A DNA stretch of 59,519 bases from contig JBLRXC010000004.1 in the NCBI GenBank assembly GCA_047920975.1, positions 1-59,519 on the forward strand. Direction: 5' to 3'. The notes beneath the pieces were generated by a model. It searched no databases. It saw only the letters and a program-made list of their open reading frames with translations, and was not told where the DNA came from. The DNA is from Bacteroidales bacterium (GTDB lineage Bacteria > Bacteroidota > Bacteroidia > Bacteroidales > JAADJA01). Shown here piece by piece: positions 1 through 10,688 of this stretch (the first letter of the stretch is position 1; each line of letters opens with the position of its first letter). Made by a program: the position numbers and the translations under genes.

Positions 1-151
1 ATTATATGAATCTATAAATTGAGTGAACGAAAGCTAAGCCAATTGATGATAAAACAGTATAAAAGGAATTCAGGCCGGGTTATTTCCGGAAGATCTTGTT
101 TTGCTAGTTTTGCTCTTACATTGAGGATAGATTTTTAGACGAACTGATGTT

Positions 152-655
152 ATGAGTAATTCGAACCATGATCTCACTTTCAGAATTGTTCCAACCTCCA
201 GCGATGTTGAGGGTATCAGGGCAATGGTGTCAGGAACCGGTTTCTTCCGGCCTGACGAGGTGGAAATAGCTGTGGAACTTGCAGAAGTAAGAATAAAAGA
301 GGGATTAAAAAGCGGTTACCATTTTATTCTGGCCGATGTACATAGCGAACTTGCCGGTTACGCATGTTTTGGACTCATCCCCTGCTCACTGCTAAGCTGG
401 GATCTGTATTGGATCGTAACCAAAAAAGAGTTTCAGGGAAAAGGCATTGGCGGACAATTACTCCTGAAGGCCGAAAATGAGATCACCAAAAACGGCGGTA
501 AAAACATCATCATCGAAACATCTTCCAAAGAACTTTACAAAGGCACGCAGCACTTCTATGACAAATACGGCTATATGCTGAAGGCACGCCTTGAAGATTT
601 CTATGATTATGGTGATGATAAACTCATCTACATCAAAAAGTTGCCTGTAAGATAA
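152..655 (+). CDS. GNAT family N-acetyltransferase
   Basis: Acetyl-CoA motif A (FQGKGIG), preceded by WDLYWI; C-terminal FYDKYGY. TAGTTTTG promoter-like motif at 105-112. Confidence 0.9.
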   Translation: MSNSNHDLTFRIVPTSSDVEGIRAMVSGTGFFRPDEVEIAVELAEVRIKEGLKSGYHFILADVHSELAGYACFGLIPCSLLSWDLYWIVTKKEFQGKGIGGQLLLKAENEITKNGGKNIIIETSSKELYKGTQHFYDKYGYMLKARLEDFYDYGDDKLIYIKKLPVR

Positions 656-664
656 TCATTCAGG

Positions 665-2938
665 TTATTGATTCCCAATGTTCTTTTTTTTGATCAGGTT
701 CAGTGCACTGCCGGCTTTGAACCATTCTACCTGATTTGAATTATAGGTATGCAGCGCCTGAAACTCATCTTTTGTCCCGTCTGAATGGTTAAGCATCACC
801 TGAAGGGGCTTGCCTTCACTAAATGTTTTCAAACCTTTGATATCAATCTGATCATCCTCTCTGATCCTATCATAGTCGGCCTTATCAGCAAATGTAAGTG
901 CAAGCATACCCTGTTTTTTCAGGTTGGTTTCATGAATCCGCGCGAACGATTTTACAAGAACCACTTTTACCCCAAGGTGTCTTGGTTCCATAGCTGCATG
1001 TTCGCGTGAAGAGCCTTCTCCATAATTTTCATCGCCAACCACCACAGAACCTATTCCTGCAGCCTTATAGGCCCGCGCTGCCTCCGGCACAGACTGATAG
1101 TCGCCGGTTATTTGGTTCTTCACGGAATTGGTTTGATCATTAAATACGTTGACTGCCCCGATCAACAGGTTATTCGAAATATTGTCCAGATGCCCTCGGT
1201 AACGCAGCCATGGCCCTGCCATGGAGATATGATCTGTGGTACATTTTCCTTTTGCCTTGATTAAAAGTTGAAGGCCTGTCATTTCATTTCCATCCCACGG
1301 ATCAAAGGGAGCTAACAGCTGAAGCCTTTCAGAATCCGGTTTAATCACTACCTCAACAATACTGCCGTCCTCTGCCGGAGCAATATAACCCGCATCCTCC
1401 ACATCAAAACCCTTTGGAGGAAAATCAATTCCATATGGCTCATCCAGTTTGACTTTTTCGCCCTTTTCGTTGGTCAGATAGTCAGTCATCGGGTTAAAGG
1501 TAAGCTTACCGGCTATGGCAAAAGCCGTTGTGATCTCAGGTGAAGCTACAAATCCATGGGTGTTGGGATTTCCATCATTTCGCTTGGCAAAATTCCGGTT
1601 GAAGGAGGTCATGATCGAGTTCTTCTCTTGTTTATCTGCATCATGACGCGCCCATTGACCAATACATGGGCCACAGGCATTGGCCAGGACTACTCCGCCA
1701 ATTTGCTCAAAAACATTCAGGTAACCGTCTCTTTCAACGGTATAACGAACTTGTTCTGATCCGGGGGTGACCGTATATTCAGATTTCACTTTCAAACCCT
1801 TGTCCAATGCCTGTTTTGCAATGGAAGCTGCACGTGTGATGTCTTCATATGAACTGTTCGTACAGGAACCAATCAGGCCAACTTCCAGCTTTTCTGGCCA
1901 GCCATTCTTTTTGACAGCTTCGGCGAATTCAGAAACAGGATGGGCAAGATCCGGTGTAAAAGGTCCGTTGATATGAGGCTCGAGCGCCGAAAGATTGATC
2001 TCAATCACCTGGTCAAAGTACTTTTCCGGATCTTCATAAACCTCAGGGTCACCGGTGAGGTGTTCTCTGATCTTGTCAGCTTCATCTGCTACGTCAACCC
2101 GTTTAGTGCCCCGGAGATAAGCACCCATTTTCTCATCATAACCAAAAATGGATGTAGTCGCACCTATTTCGGCACCCATATTACAGATTGTGCCTTTGCC
2201 GGTACAACTGATGTTATCAGCTCCCTCGCCAAAATATTCGAGGATGGCACCCGTACCACCTTTTACAGTGAGGATTCCGGCCACTTTGAGTATCACATCC
2301 TTAGCAGAGGTCCATCCGCTTAATTTTCCGGTCAGCTTAACGCCAATCAACTTAGGAAACTTAAGTTCCCATGGCATTCCTGCCATTACATCCACAGCAT
2401 CGGCGCCACCGACACCAATGGCGATCATACCCAGACCTCCTGCATTCACTGTATGGGAATCGGTACCGATCATCATCCCTCCCGGAAAGGCATAATTCTC
2501 AAGCACCACCTGATGAATTATACCGGCACCTGGCTTCCAGAAACCAATCCCGTATTTATTGGAAACCGATGCCAAAAAATCGAAGACCTCCCGGCTTGTG
2601 GACAGTGCTTTTTCCAGGTCAGCCTTTGCTCCAAACTGTGCCTGAATGAGATGATCACAATGCACAGTTGTTGGCACCGCAACTTTTTCCCTGCCTGCCT
2701 GCATAAACTGAAGCAAGGCCATCTGGGCTGTGGCGTCCTGCATAGCCACTCTGTCAGGTCGAAAGTCAACGTAAGACGCTCCCCGTTGGTACTCTGCCCT
2801 AGCCGGATCTTCATCAAGGTGGGCATACAGAATTTTTTCAGTGAATGTCAATGGTTTACCAACAACCTTTCGGGCTGTAATAATTCTTTCAGCGAGAGAG
2901 GCATATACCTGCCTGATTAAATCCAGATCGAATATCAT
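665..2938 (-). CDS. acnA: Aconitate hydratase, mitochondrial-like type
   Basis: [47 protein letters not shown] (Fe-S Cys), [17 protein letters not shown]. Confidence 0.97.
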   Translation of the reverse strand: MIFDLDLIRQVYASLAERIITARKVVGKPLTFTEKILYAHLDEDPARAEYQRGASYVDFRPDRVAMQDATAQMALLQFMQAGREKVAVPTTVHCDHLIQAQFGAKADLEKALSTSREVFDFLASVSNKYGIGFWKPGAGIIHQVVLENYAFPGGMMIGTDSHTVNAGGLGMIAIGVGGADAVDVMAGMPWELKFPKLIGVKLTGKLSGWTSAKDVILKVAGILTVKGGTGAILEYFGEGADNISCTGKGTICNMGAEIGATTSIFGYDEKMGAYLRGTKRVDVADEADKIREHLTGDPEVYEDPEKYFDQVIEINLSALEPHINGPFTPDLAHPVSEFAEAVKKNGWPEKLEVGLIGSCTNSSYEDITRAASIAKQALDKGLKVKSEYTVTPGSEQVRYTVERDGYLNVFEQIGGVVLANACGPCIGQWARHDADKQEKNSIMTSFNRNFAKRNDGNPNTHGFVASPEITTAFAIAGKLTFNPMTDYLTNEKGEKVKLDEPYGIDFPPKGFDVEDAGYIAPAEDGSIVEVVIKPDSERLQLLAPFDPWDGNEMTGLQLLIKAKGKCTTDHISMAGPWLRYRGHLDNISNNLLIGAVNVFNDQTNSVKNQITGDYQSVPEAARAYKAAGIGSVVVGDENYGEGSSREHAAMEPRHLGVKVVLVKSFARIHETNLKKQGMLALTFADKADYDRIREDDQIDIKGLKTFSEGKPLQVMLNHSDGTKDEFQALHTYNSNQVEWFKAGSALNLIKKKNIGNQ

Positions 2939-3049
2939 TTTTTTTTACTATTTTTTGATGATGAATATCATTTTATCCTGGAATGGAATGCCGGGATTAT
3001 TATATTATTCTGATTTTTAAACAGCAAAATTCCCTATTTGTTTGGCTTG

Positions 3050-3057
3050 CAAAAATA
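3050..3057 (-). promoter_or_regulatory. Bacteroidota sigma-A -7 element (TATTTTTG) upstream of aconitase
   Basis: Reverse complement of CAAAAATA matches TAnnTTTG about 110 bp upstream of the start. Confidence 0.55.
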
Positions 3058-3124
3058 GAGTACTTACAAAAAGCATTGAGATAACAGTTAAAAACAAAAA
3101 GCACGGGGTCACATTTCAGATCAG

Positions 3125-5176
3125 TCAGACAGTTTTCAATCTTTGGGATATGATATCAATAAACTCCTGCCTTTTAAATGGTTTTGAGATATAGTCATCC
3201 ATCCCTGCATTCAGGCACATTTCTCTGTCATCCTTCATGGCATAGGCTGTCAGGGCAATGATGGGTGTATGAATGGCTTTTCCTTTTTCTATTTCACGGA
3301 TGATCCGTGTGGCTTCGTATCCATTCATCACAGGCATCTGGACATCCATCAGGATCAGATGAAAAAATCCCTTTTTATACTCTTCAACAGCTTTTTCACC
3401 ATTGTCAACAACGACTATGTTCCAGTTCTCTGATTTGGTAATTGCCCTGATCAGGAATTGATTCGTTTCGTTGTCTTCAGCAAGAAGGATATTGACTTTT
3501 TTTTCCAGTGTGGGCTTAGGCTCAGCCATATCCGGTTTCGCCTTATAGCTGCCCTGGGTTGGCTGTTCTGAGAATGGGAGCACGACCGTAAAACGGCTTC
3601 CCTCCCCGTGTTTGCTTTCAGCAGTGATATTTCCGCCGAGAAACTCCACAATTTTTCTGGTTGTTGTCAATCCTATTCCGGTTCCTTTAATTCGTTTGGT
3701 GAGATAATACTCAACCTGCTTAAAATCATCAAAGATCATCTCCATATCCTCACTATGTATACCAACTCCAGTATCAGTGACGATAAAATGTGCCATGATT
3801 CTGTTCTTTTCTTTCCTTGTTGATACCTGAACGGAAACACTTCCCTTTTCGGTAAATTTGATTGCATTGCTTAATAAATTGACCAGGATCTGACTCAGTT
3901 TAAAATAATCGCCCTCCAATGCGGCATGATTAACCTGTGTATGGTCAACAATCACATTTATCCCCTTCCGCTGAGCATCCTTTATAAAGTATGAAACGGT
4001 CTCATCAACCAATTCAGGCAGGTTAAAATGGCCAGTTCTGAGGACAATTTTGCCACTATCTGCTGCCGAATAATCAAAAACATCATTCACAATTTTCGTC
4101 AGCTGTTTGCCCGATTCTTCAATGAGTTCGAGCATCCATCGTTTTTTGGGATCAGACTCTTCATTGATCAATATTTCCGAAAAGCCCATAATTCCGTTCA
4201 GTGGTGTCCTTATTTCATGGCTCATGTTCGAAAGAAACTGACTTTTGGCTTCATTTGCATGTTTGGCCTCGGCCACTGCATTGGTGAGGTTTTGCTCAAG
4301 GAAATATCGCTTATGCTCCAGTGAAAGGGCAATTGCGAGGGCTGCAATCGTCCTTTTTTCTGTCTCTGTAAAGTGCCGGACACTTGTATCAAGGATACAG
4401 AGTGAACCGACAGCTTTTCCATCCACAAATACGGGATGGCCAAGATAGGAACGCAGATTATATTTATTCACAAAAGGATCACTCATATAAAAGGGTGTGT
4501 CATGAATGTCGGAGATGGCAACTGTGCCTTTGCCAACCTTGATGACAGCTTCATAACAGATGTGCCCGTCGGGTTTGTCTCTCCGGTTGATATCTTCAGG
4601 TACATTGTCTGACGACCATGCAAAAAGAGACTTTTCCGATTCATCATAACGATTATAGAGGGCACATACACCCTTCAACACTTCATTTGTTTTCGCAACG
4701 ATGGTCCTGATATTTTTTTCAGGATCAACCCCAAATGCATTAAATATTGAATTGAGGAATTGAAGCTGTGATTCAGACTGATAGGTATGGAGTTCCGTTG
4801 TCTCATCATCGGGTTTGATCATAAATGATAAGGTCGCATCATCGGGTTTGGAGAAATATACCTTTACACCTACCTGAGGAATGGAGAGGTAAACGTCAAA
4901 AGAGGCACCGGAGAACAAATCACCGGTAACCGCTCCTTTAATAATGGGATCATTCATAACGGCAGCAAATTCAGGAAAAATACCAAGAAGGTTTTTTCCG
5001 AGCACTTGCTTGTTGTAAGAAGGACATAGGTCAACAAAGAGGGGATTGGCCTCCTCAATGAGGATATCTGCTGATCCGGATTTACGCATATGAACCAGTT
5101 TGCCCATGACCGTTGCAAACGGATTCTTCCGGGTCAATGATAACTGGCTTTTTGTAATCTTCCCTGTTTTGTCCAT
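3125..5176 (-). CDS. Cytoplasmic hybrid sensor histidine kinase/response regulator (PAS-like, GAF, HisKA, HATPase, REC)
   Basis: H-box FLSNMSHEIRTPLNG; N-box NLLSNAIKFT; G boxes DTGVGI and GTGIGL; receiver LLAEDN...LMDVQMP...SKPF; GAF-like SYLGHPV...GSLCILD; no TM segment seen. Confidence 0.93.
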   Translation of the reverse strand: MDKTGKITKSQLSLTRKNPFATVMGKLVHMRKSGSADILIEEANPLFVDLCPSYNKQVLGKNLLGIFPEFAAVMNDPIIKGAVTGDLFSGASFDVYLSIPQVGVKVYFSKPDDATLSFMIKPDDETTELHTYQSESQLQFLNSIFNAFGVDPEKNIRTIVAKTNEVLKGVCALYNRYDESEKSLFAWSSDNVPEDINRRDKPDGHICYEAVIKVGKGTVAISDIHDTPFYMSDPFVNKYNLRSYLGHPVFVDGKAVGSLCILDTSVRHFTETEKRTIAALAIALSLEHKRYFLEQNLTNAVAEAKHANEAKSQFLSNMSHEIRTPLNGIMGFSEILINEESDPKKRWMLELIEESGKQLTKIVNDVFDYSAADSGKIVLRTGHFNLPELVDETVSYFIKDAQRKGINVIVDHTQVNHAALEGDYFKLSQILVNLLSNAIKFTEKGSVSVQVSTRKEKNRIMAHFIVTDTGVGIHSEDMEMIFDDFKQVEYYLTKRIKGTGIGLTTTRKIVEFLGGNITAESKHGEGSRFTVVLPFSEQPTQGSYKAKPDMAEPKPTLEKKVNILLAEDNETNQFLIRAITKSENWNIVVVDNGEKAVEEYKKGFFHLILMDVQMPVMNGYEATRIIREIEKGKAIHTPIIALTAYAMKDDREMCLNAGMDDYISKPFKRQEFIDIISQRLKTV

Positions 5177-5306
5177 CTACAGACCGGATAAAAAAGTTAT
5201 TACACCTATCAAACATTCGTTTGATAAAAAAAAGATTCATTTTGCAAAATTACACATTTGGACACTTCCTCATTTTGAAGTATCGAAAGAACAACCGATA
5301 GCTGCA

Positions 5307-6041
5307 TCAGAGTAAAAAACCGAGTGATGATCCCGGTTGAAATTCTTTAGGATCCATGCCATATCTGAAAAGCCGCATTGGTTTTTTCCCAAGAAGCTCC
5401 AGAGAATCATCATTGACCAATAGCAATGAAGACTCCCTTAATCCAACCACATAAACATTGTTGTTGATCACCATGAATTCCTCAATCCTTTGTTCCCGTG
5501 TTTCCCCACCATGTCCCTCAGTATTGGCATCCAGAAAATGTGGATTAATCTGGAAATTTACCAGGCCAAGGCAGTTCATACTTTCAGGCTCAATGATCGG
5601 CATATCGTTGGTTGTTCTCATGGTTGGACAGGCAATGTTTGCACCTGCACTCCATCCGATAAATGGCAATCCTTTTTCAACGGCCTCCTTGATGACTTTC
5701 ATTAATCTCAGTTGGTGCAGCATATAAGCAAGGTGAAATGTATTGCCTCCCCCAACTATGATCGCAAGGGCATCCTTTACCGCCTGCTGGGGGTCCTTCT
5801 CACGGTGGATGGAATATACTTCAAAACCCAGTTGATCAAAGACACCGTTTACCCTTTGCTCGTAAGCATCAAATGAGGCTTCAATACCATTCTCGGAGAG
5901 AGCTACCCCGGCGTAAGGAATAAATAACGCTCTTTTCACTCCGGTTCTATCAAGAAAATCCCTGATATACTGTTTTGGCCAATCGAGGTATTCCTCACCG
6001 TAGTTAGTAGAATTACTGATTAAAAGCAGCCTTTTTTTCAT
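5307..6041 (-). CDS. pepE: Alpha-aspartyl dipeptidase PepE (peptidase S51)
   Basis: LLLISNST, VGGGNTF, nucleophile GWSAGAN, TTNDMPI, QINPHF, GHGGETREQRI. Confidence 0.95.
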   Translation of the reverse strand: MKKRLLLISNSTNYGEEYLDWPKQYIRDFLDRTGVKRALFIPYAGVALSENGIEASFDAYEQRVNGVFDQLGFEVYSIHREKDPQQAVKDALAIIVGGGNTFHLAYMLHQLRLMKVIKEAVEKGLPFIGWSAGANIACPTMRTTNDMPIIEPESMNCLGLVNFQINPHFLDANTEGHGGETREQRIEEFMVINNNVYVVGLRESSLLLVNDDSLELLGKKPMRLFRYGMDPKEFQPGSSLGFLL

Positions 6042-6116
6042 CACAAAAGATTAAATTAAACGACTAAAAGAATCAGTCGCTAATTTATAAAATCTTTTGT
6101 TACGACAGAAATTTGT

Positions 6117-8795
6117 TTACCAGGAATTCAAATAGGTTTTTTTGAAATGACGGAACCAGGAGTTGCCACTGGTATATTCTTCCACATTTACTCTGGGATT
6201 GCCTGCATCGGCCGATAATTTATCGGCTGCAGCCAATTTTTGAGCCAATCCCTGCTGGATAGATTTTACATCTTTCCCTGAATAACTATTGGCCGCAAGA
6301 ACATGAAGGATTTTTAAACCCGTTTCAAATTCATCAGGACTTTGATAATCGTTGATCAGGGTTTCAAGAAAAGCGAGGTTCTTCTTCACGGAAAAAAGAT
6401 AATGAAGCGGGAGGGGTTCAATCCTTTTTCTTATGACTTCATGGGTTTGGGATAACAACTCCATCTCCTTATATAACTCGGTAAAACGCTGTTTGTCATT
6501 TCCCAAAAGAGCTTTCTGAGCTTCCTGTGCAAGGATCTGATACCTTGCAGCGGGTTTGAATTGCGCTTCCAGAATAGCCACCTGGGATTTATCAAACTCA
6601 CAAAAGTAATTAACATGAAACAACCCTGTTGTTTCATGAAGTACCTCCATGGCATGGACAAAATCAGCTGATTCAACTGTTCTTTTAAAATGATTGAGAA
6701 TACCCTCAAACCGGAGATTAGCCATTTCGCAATTCTTTGAAAAAATATTATTATTCAGGAGCGCAAGACTCGCCTGAAGTTTTGGTTCATAATTTAGCCC
6801 AAATTCCCGCTGCATTGTAAAACATTGCTCATAGATATCCCGTGCTTCATCCAGTTTATTTTTCGTCACTTTAACTTCAGCAATGCTGCATAAATAAACC
6901 AGGTAAGGAGTAGCGGCCTTTGCAAAAAGCTCATGCACTGACTCATACACTTCCAGGTTGTAATAAACCTCTAACTCAAAGGCCCGGTGTAAATGCTCAA
7001 ATGCCATGTTAAAGTTACCCCTGTTTAGATATTTATTTCCTGCTTCAATCTCTTGAAGATAAACATAGTAATTAAGGTTGTACTCAATGGCATCTATGTT
7101 TTCTGACGGGATGATTTGCGAGGGATATTTCATTGCCAATTCGTTAGCCGATTCCAACTGTGACCTGGCTTTTGTCAGGTTTCCTGATTCCATGCTTTCA
7201 CCTGCCTTCGCTAGCAATTGATTATAATAACCATTCAGGGACCTGCTCAGGCCGTGTTTGATCAGGTAATCATGATTGAATCTTTTAATGCTGAAACACA
7301 GCCTGTTAGCCTGTTCAAAACAATAGATGGCCTCCCTGAACTCATCCTTCCCTGCCAGATTAAACCCTTTATTAATGTATAATTCAACCAGTTGTTCAGT
7401 GACTTTATGAATGTGATTATTGGAAATGATGGTTGAAGCATTCTCGGACTGAAACTTTGTGGCCTTATCCATATAATTTTCGGCAAGTCCATAATTTCCG
7501 ATATCAACAGCGCGATCTATCAGATGAAGATAGGAGTTATAAATGCCATAATTTGATTTGGATAAAAGAATATTGAGCTCTACAGGAACCTGTTGACCAA
7601 AAGCCGACCGATAAAATTTATCAGCATTGATCAGTAAACCTTTGGCCACATTAAACTGCTCCTTCTCAATAAAACTTTCCGCTTGCGCGATAAATGCCTT
7701 ATAGACTCCGGTTTTTAATTGTTCTATCGCCAGACCTGCATTCTTATCATATGCTGTTTTCATTATGATCTCCGGGAGGCCTGATTGAAGCGAACTCAAA
7801 AGAGATGCATTAAAATCAACATAGCCTAAACTATAATAGTACGTCTGGAGTGTGTGTGAAACAGACTGGGATCTGAAGAAAAACCGACTGATTTCGTTGA
7901 CATAAAAATCAGCAATCATATCCAGTGTAATCTGTGGATTGATAGAATCAATAGCTTTTATATTTCTTTGAAGACGCGCCCGGGCGGTCTCTATTTGAAT
8001 CTGAAACTGTCTTAGCCTGGTAAAATAACCGGCAACATCATGCTGCCCTAGATTCAGAGCAGCAACAAACGGAGACCGTTCAATAACCTTGAAAATCCTT
8101 TCGTACTCATTGATTTTTATAAGGTTTTTAATCAATTGCCCCTGAAGGTATTTCATGGAAGACAATTCCATGATGATAATATCCATAGCCTCAATGGATG
8201 CATAGTAGCTGTCAATGATATTGACCCGGCGTGTGAATAGATCCTTGTCAGCATCATCTGAATAAAACCTGACCTTTGAAATGAATATTTCAAAGTTATC
8301 GGATTCATCAAAGCTTTCAAACACTGATGAAAAACTAAAAACCTGGCCGTCAGTCTGCACCCTTTGAAATGTCTCCCTGTGTATATAGTTGCCCTTATCC
8401 TCAACAATAATCTCTAAATCAGCAAAATTCGGGACAAGGATGTCTGTCATGTCAAAACCACGGTAATGAATATCGCCTGTACATTTGATACCAGAGAGTT
8501 CAACATGAACCTTAAAAGTATAGGGCTCAATCTTTTCAAGTTTCCGTGTATCTATGTAATGATAAGAAAATGAAGTATTTTGAAGGGTTGCCATCTTAAG
8601 TCTGGCCAATTCGCGAATGAAAAAGTTATTGGTCTGGTGTTTTTCTGCATTATCTGGGGTATACCTGATCGTGTAAATAGCTGGTTCAGACAAAGGAGAG
8701 AACCCAATGCCCATGATTGGCAAAAGACAAAAAAGAGCGACAGCGACACCCTGAATTATGCGGCTTCTGATTATAAACATAAATAGATCAACCAT
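6117..8795 (-). CDS. Large hypothetical exported protein with TPR-like helical repeats
   Basis: 892-aa ORF with an N-terminal hydrophobic stretch and repeated helix pairs (e.g. KGFNLAGKDEFREAIYCFEQA, AGNKYLNRGNFNMAFEHLHRA). Confidence 0.7.
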   Translation of the reverse strand: MVDLFMFIIRSRIIQGVAVALFCLLPIMGIGFSPLSEPAIYTIRYTPDNAEKHQTNNFFIRELARLKMATLQNTSFSYHYIDTRKLEKIEPYTFKVHVELSGIKCTGDIHYRGFDMTDILVPNFADLEIIVEDKGNYIHRETFQRVQTDGQVFSFSSVFESFDESDNFEIFISKVRFYSDDADKDLFTRRVNIIDSYYASIEAMDIIIMELSSMKYLQGQLIKNLIKINEYERIFKVIERSPFVAALNLGQHDVAGYFTRLRQFQIQIETARARLQRNIKAIDSINPQITLDMIADFYVNEISRFFFRSQSVSHTLQTYYYSLGYVDFNASLLSSLQSGLPEIIMKTAYDKNAGLAIEQLKTGVYKAFIAQAESFIEKEQFNVAKGLLINADKFYRSAFGQQVPVELNILLSKSNYGIYNSYLHLIDRAVDIGNYGLAENYMDKATKFQSENASTIISNNHIHKVTEQLVELYINKGFNLAGKDEFREAIYCFEQANRLCFSIKRFNHDYLIKHGLSRSLNGYYNQLLAKAGESMESGNLTKARSQLESANELAMKYPSQIIPSENIDAIEYNLNYYVYLQEIEAGNKYLNRGNFNMAFEHLHRAFELEVYYNLEVYESVHELFAKAATPYLVYLCSIAEVKVTKNKLDEARDIYEQCFTMQREFGLNYEPKLQASLALLNNNIFSKNCEMANLRFEGILNHFKRTVESADFVHAMEVLHETTGLFHVNYFCEFDKSQVAILEAQFKPAARYQILAQEAQKALLGNDKQRFTELYKEMELLSQTHEVIRKRIEPLPLHYLFSVKKNLAFLETLINDYQSPDEFETGLKILHVLAANSYSGKDVKSIQQGLAQKLAAADKLSADAGNPRVNVEEYTSGNSWFRHFKKTYLNSW

Positions 8796-9093
8796 TTAGA
8801 ACCCTTATTTGATTTTCTTCATCCGGATGATTCACCCAACTTCTGTAAAAACATCCACTCTAATTAATATCCTTATACGTCATTGAATGTTTTTGTTGCA
8901 TCACCACCACATTTTATCCGAATGTCAGTGCCCAAATGAAGGCAAAAATAATCAAATCGAAATACTATGCTTAAAAGCAACAGATGAGTCAAGGGCAGAT
9001 TCAACAACAAAAACCCGTTTTCAAAATTCAGTTTACTTGCAGCTATGATGCAGTTGGGGAGAAGGACTTTCCTGTGTTCAGGGATGAACTGAT

Positions 9094-9810
9094 TTAAAAA
9101 TCAAGGTTATACTGAATCTTATATTCAAGTGAATTTAACTCCAATGCAACCAGATTACCAAAGCCCTCCCTCTTGGTCATGTAACATCCATTATCAAGAT
9201 CAATGAATTTGTAGCTTTTGTTACGGATACTCAGGTCTATGAATTCAAGACTTACCGGGACATGCCCATGAACAATCCGTTTATTGAAAACCTTGGAACT
9301 ATCAATTTCATAGTCCCTGATCCAAAGCATTGAATTCCTATCGTTGAACGGGTTTCCATTTCTAAAGTTAAATCCCGCATGAACAAGAAAATATTGATCA
9401 AGCTCAATGTAGTATTCAAGATTTTTCATCCACTCGATATAATCTTTGGGGAAATTTCTTAAATCCTGGACTTTAAAGCTTTCAAGGGTTTGCTTACCGC
9501 CATGGAAGACCCACTCCCTCTTCTTCTGATTTTTTTGCCGGAATCCAAGGATCTTTTTCAGGTTCAATTCCTCTTCATATGCTTTAATAAGATAGTCTTC
9601 GTGGTTTCCCATCAGCAACCTCAGGGAATAATCTTCCCGCTGGAGATAGATCAGATAATCAATCACCTCTTTCGAACCCGGGCCTCTGTCAATGTAATCG
9701 CCCAGGAAATAAAGCCAGTCATGTTTTGATGGCTTTACAAGATCTTCAATGAGTGTGCGTAAGGTTTTTGCACATCCATGAATATCAGGTATGACCCAAT
9801 GCTCCCTCAT
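9094..9810 (-). CDS. Calcineurin-like metallophosphoesterase (PPP-type Ser/Thr phosphatase family)
   Basis: DIHG, GDYIDRG, GNHE, VHAG and HGHVP motifs. Confidence 0.92.
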   Translation of the reverse strand: MREHWVIPDIHGCAKTLRTLIEDLVKPSKHDWLYFLGDYIDRGPGSKEVIDYLIYLQREDYSLRLLMGNHEDYLIKAYEEELNLKKILGFRQKNQKKREWVFHGGKQTLESFKVQDLRNFPKDYIEWMKNLEYYIELDQYFLVHAGFNFRNGNPFNDRNSMLWIRDYEIDSSKVFNKRIVHGHVPVSLEFIDLSIRNKSYKFIDLDNGCYMTKREGFGNLVALELNSLEYKIQYNLDF

Positions 9811-10553
9811 TTCTTGCTGGCCTGATTTGCAACCTGTTCCATCAATTTTTTAATCTCCTCCGGGTCGCCAATAAAATAATCTTTTTGTAGCTGAAGGCGA
9901 TCATCAAACTCGAACACATAGGGTATACCCGTAGGTATATTGAACTGAAGGATTTCATCGCTGCTCATATTCTTCAGATATTTTACGATTCCGCGAAGGC
10001 TGTTGCCATGAGCAGCCACAACTACTTCTTTATGCTTCAGCAGGGATTGGGAAATATCGGACTTCCAGTAAGGCACAATTCGTTCTTCAGTATTTTTTAA
10101 TGCTTCCGTAGAAGGAATCTCTTCCGGTTTTAACCCGGTATACCTGGGGTCATGCATGGGATGACGCTGATCCTCTGGTGAAATGGCCGGTGGTGCAATA
10201 TCATAACTTCTCCGCCATAACAGAACCTGCTCATCTCCAAACTTTTCAGCCATCTCCAGTTTATTCAGTCCCTGAAGGTTACCGTAATGTTTTTCGTTAA
10301 GCCGCCAGGTATTGTAAACAGGTATCCACATCAGGTTCATCTCTTCGAGGATCAGCCAAAGAGTTTTGATGGCCCGGTTCAGGTATGAGGTATAAGCCAC
10401 CTTGAATTGAAAGCCATGCTCTTTGAGCACTTTCCCGGCATCAACGGCCTCATGAATACCCTTTTCCGACAAGGGTACATCGGTCCAACCGGTGAAACGA
10501 TTTTCTTTGTTCCAGGTGCTTTGTCCGTGTCTTATCAATACGAGTCTTAACAT
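9807..10553 (-). CDS. gpmA: 2,3-bisphosphoglycerate-dependent phosphoglycerate mutase
   Basis: LIRHGQSTWNKENRFTGWTDV, RLNEKHYGNLQGLNK, WRRSYD, AHGNSLR. Start moved to the ATG at 10553; 4-nt overlap with the phosphatase gene. Confidence 0.97.
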   Translation of the reverse strand: MLRLVLIRHGQSTWNKENRFTGWTDVPLSEKGIHEAVDAGKVLKEHGFQFKVAYTSYLNRAIKTLWLILEEMNLMWIPVYNTWRLNEKHYGNLQGLNKLEMAEKFGDEQVLLWRRSYDIAPPAISPEDQRHPMHDPRYTGLKPEEIPSTEALKNTEERIVPYWKSDISQSLLKHKEVVVAAHGNSLRGIVKYLKNMSSDEILQFNIPTGIPYVFEFDDRLQLQKDYFIGDPEEIKKLMEQVANQASKK

Positions 10554-10688
10554 TATTAAATGGATTATTGAGTGGGGCAAAAATATTCATAATTTCATTA
10601 TCGTATGCAAGGAATTCCGTTTAGTGTGTCCCTTTCAATCAAACATTGCCGGTTTTTTTTAATTTCGCATCCTGTATAATTACATAAA

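Noticed and set aside
785-2920. Multiple plus-strand ORFs opposite aconitase, and similar short ORFs nested in other genes
   Set aside because: Antisense or alternate-frame shadows of conserved genes with no independent motifs.
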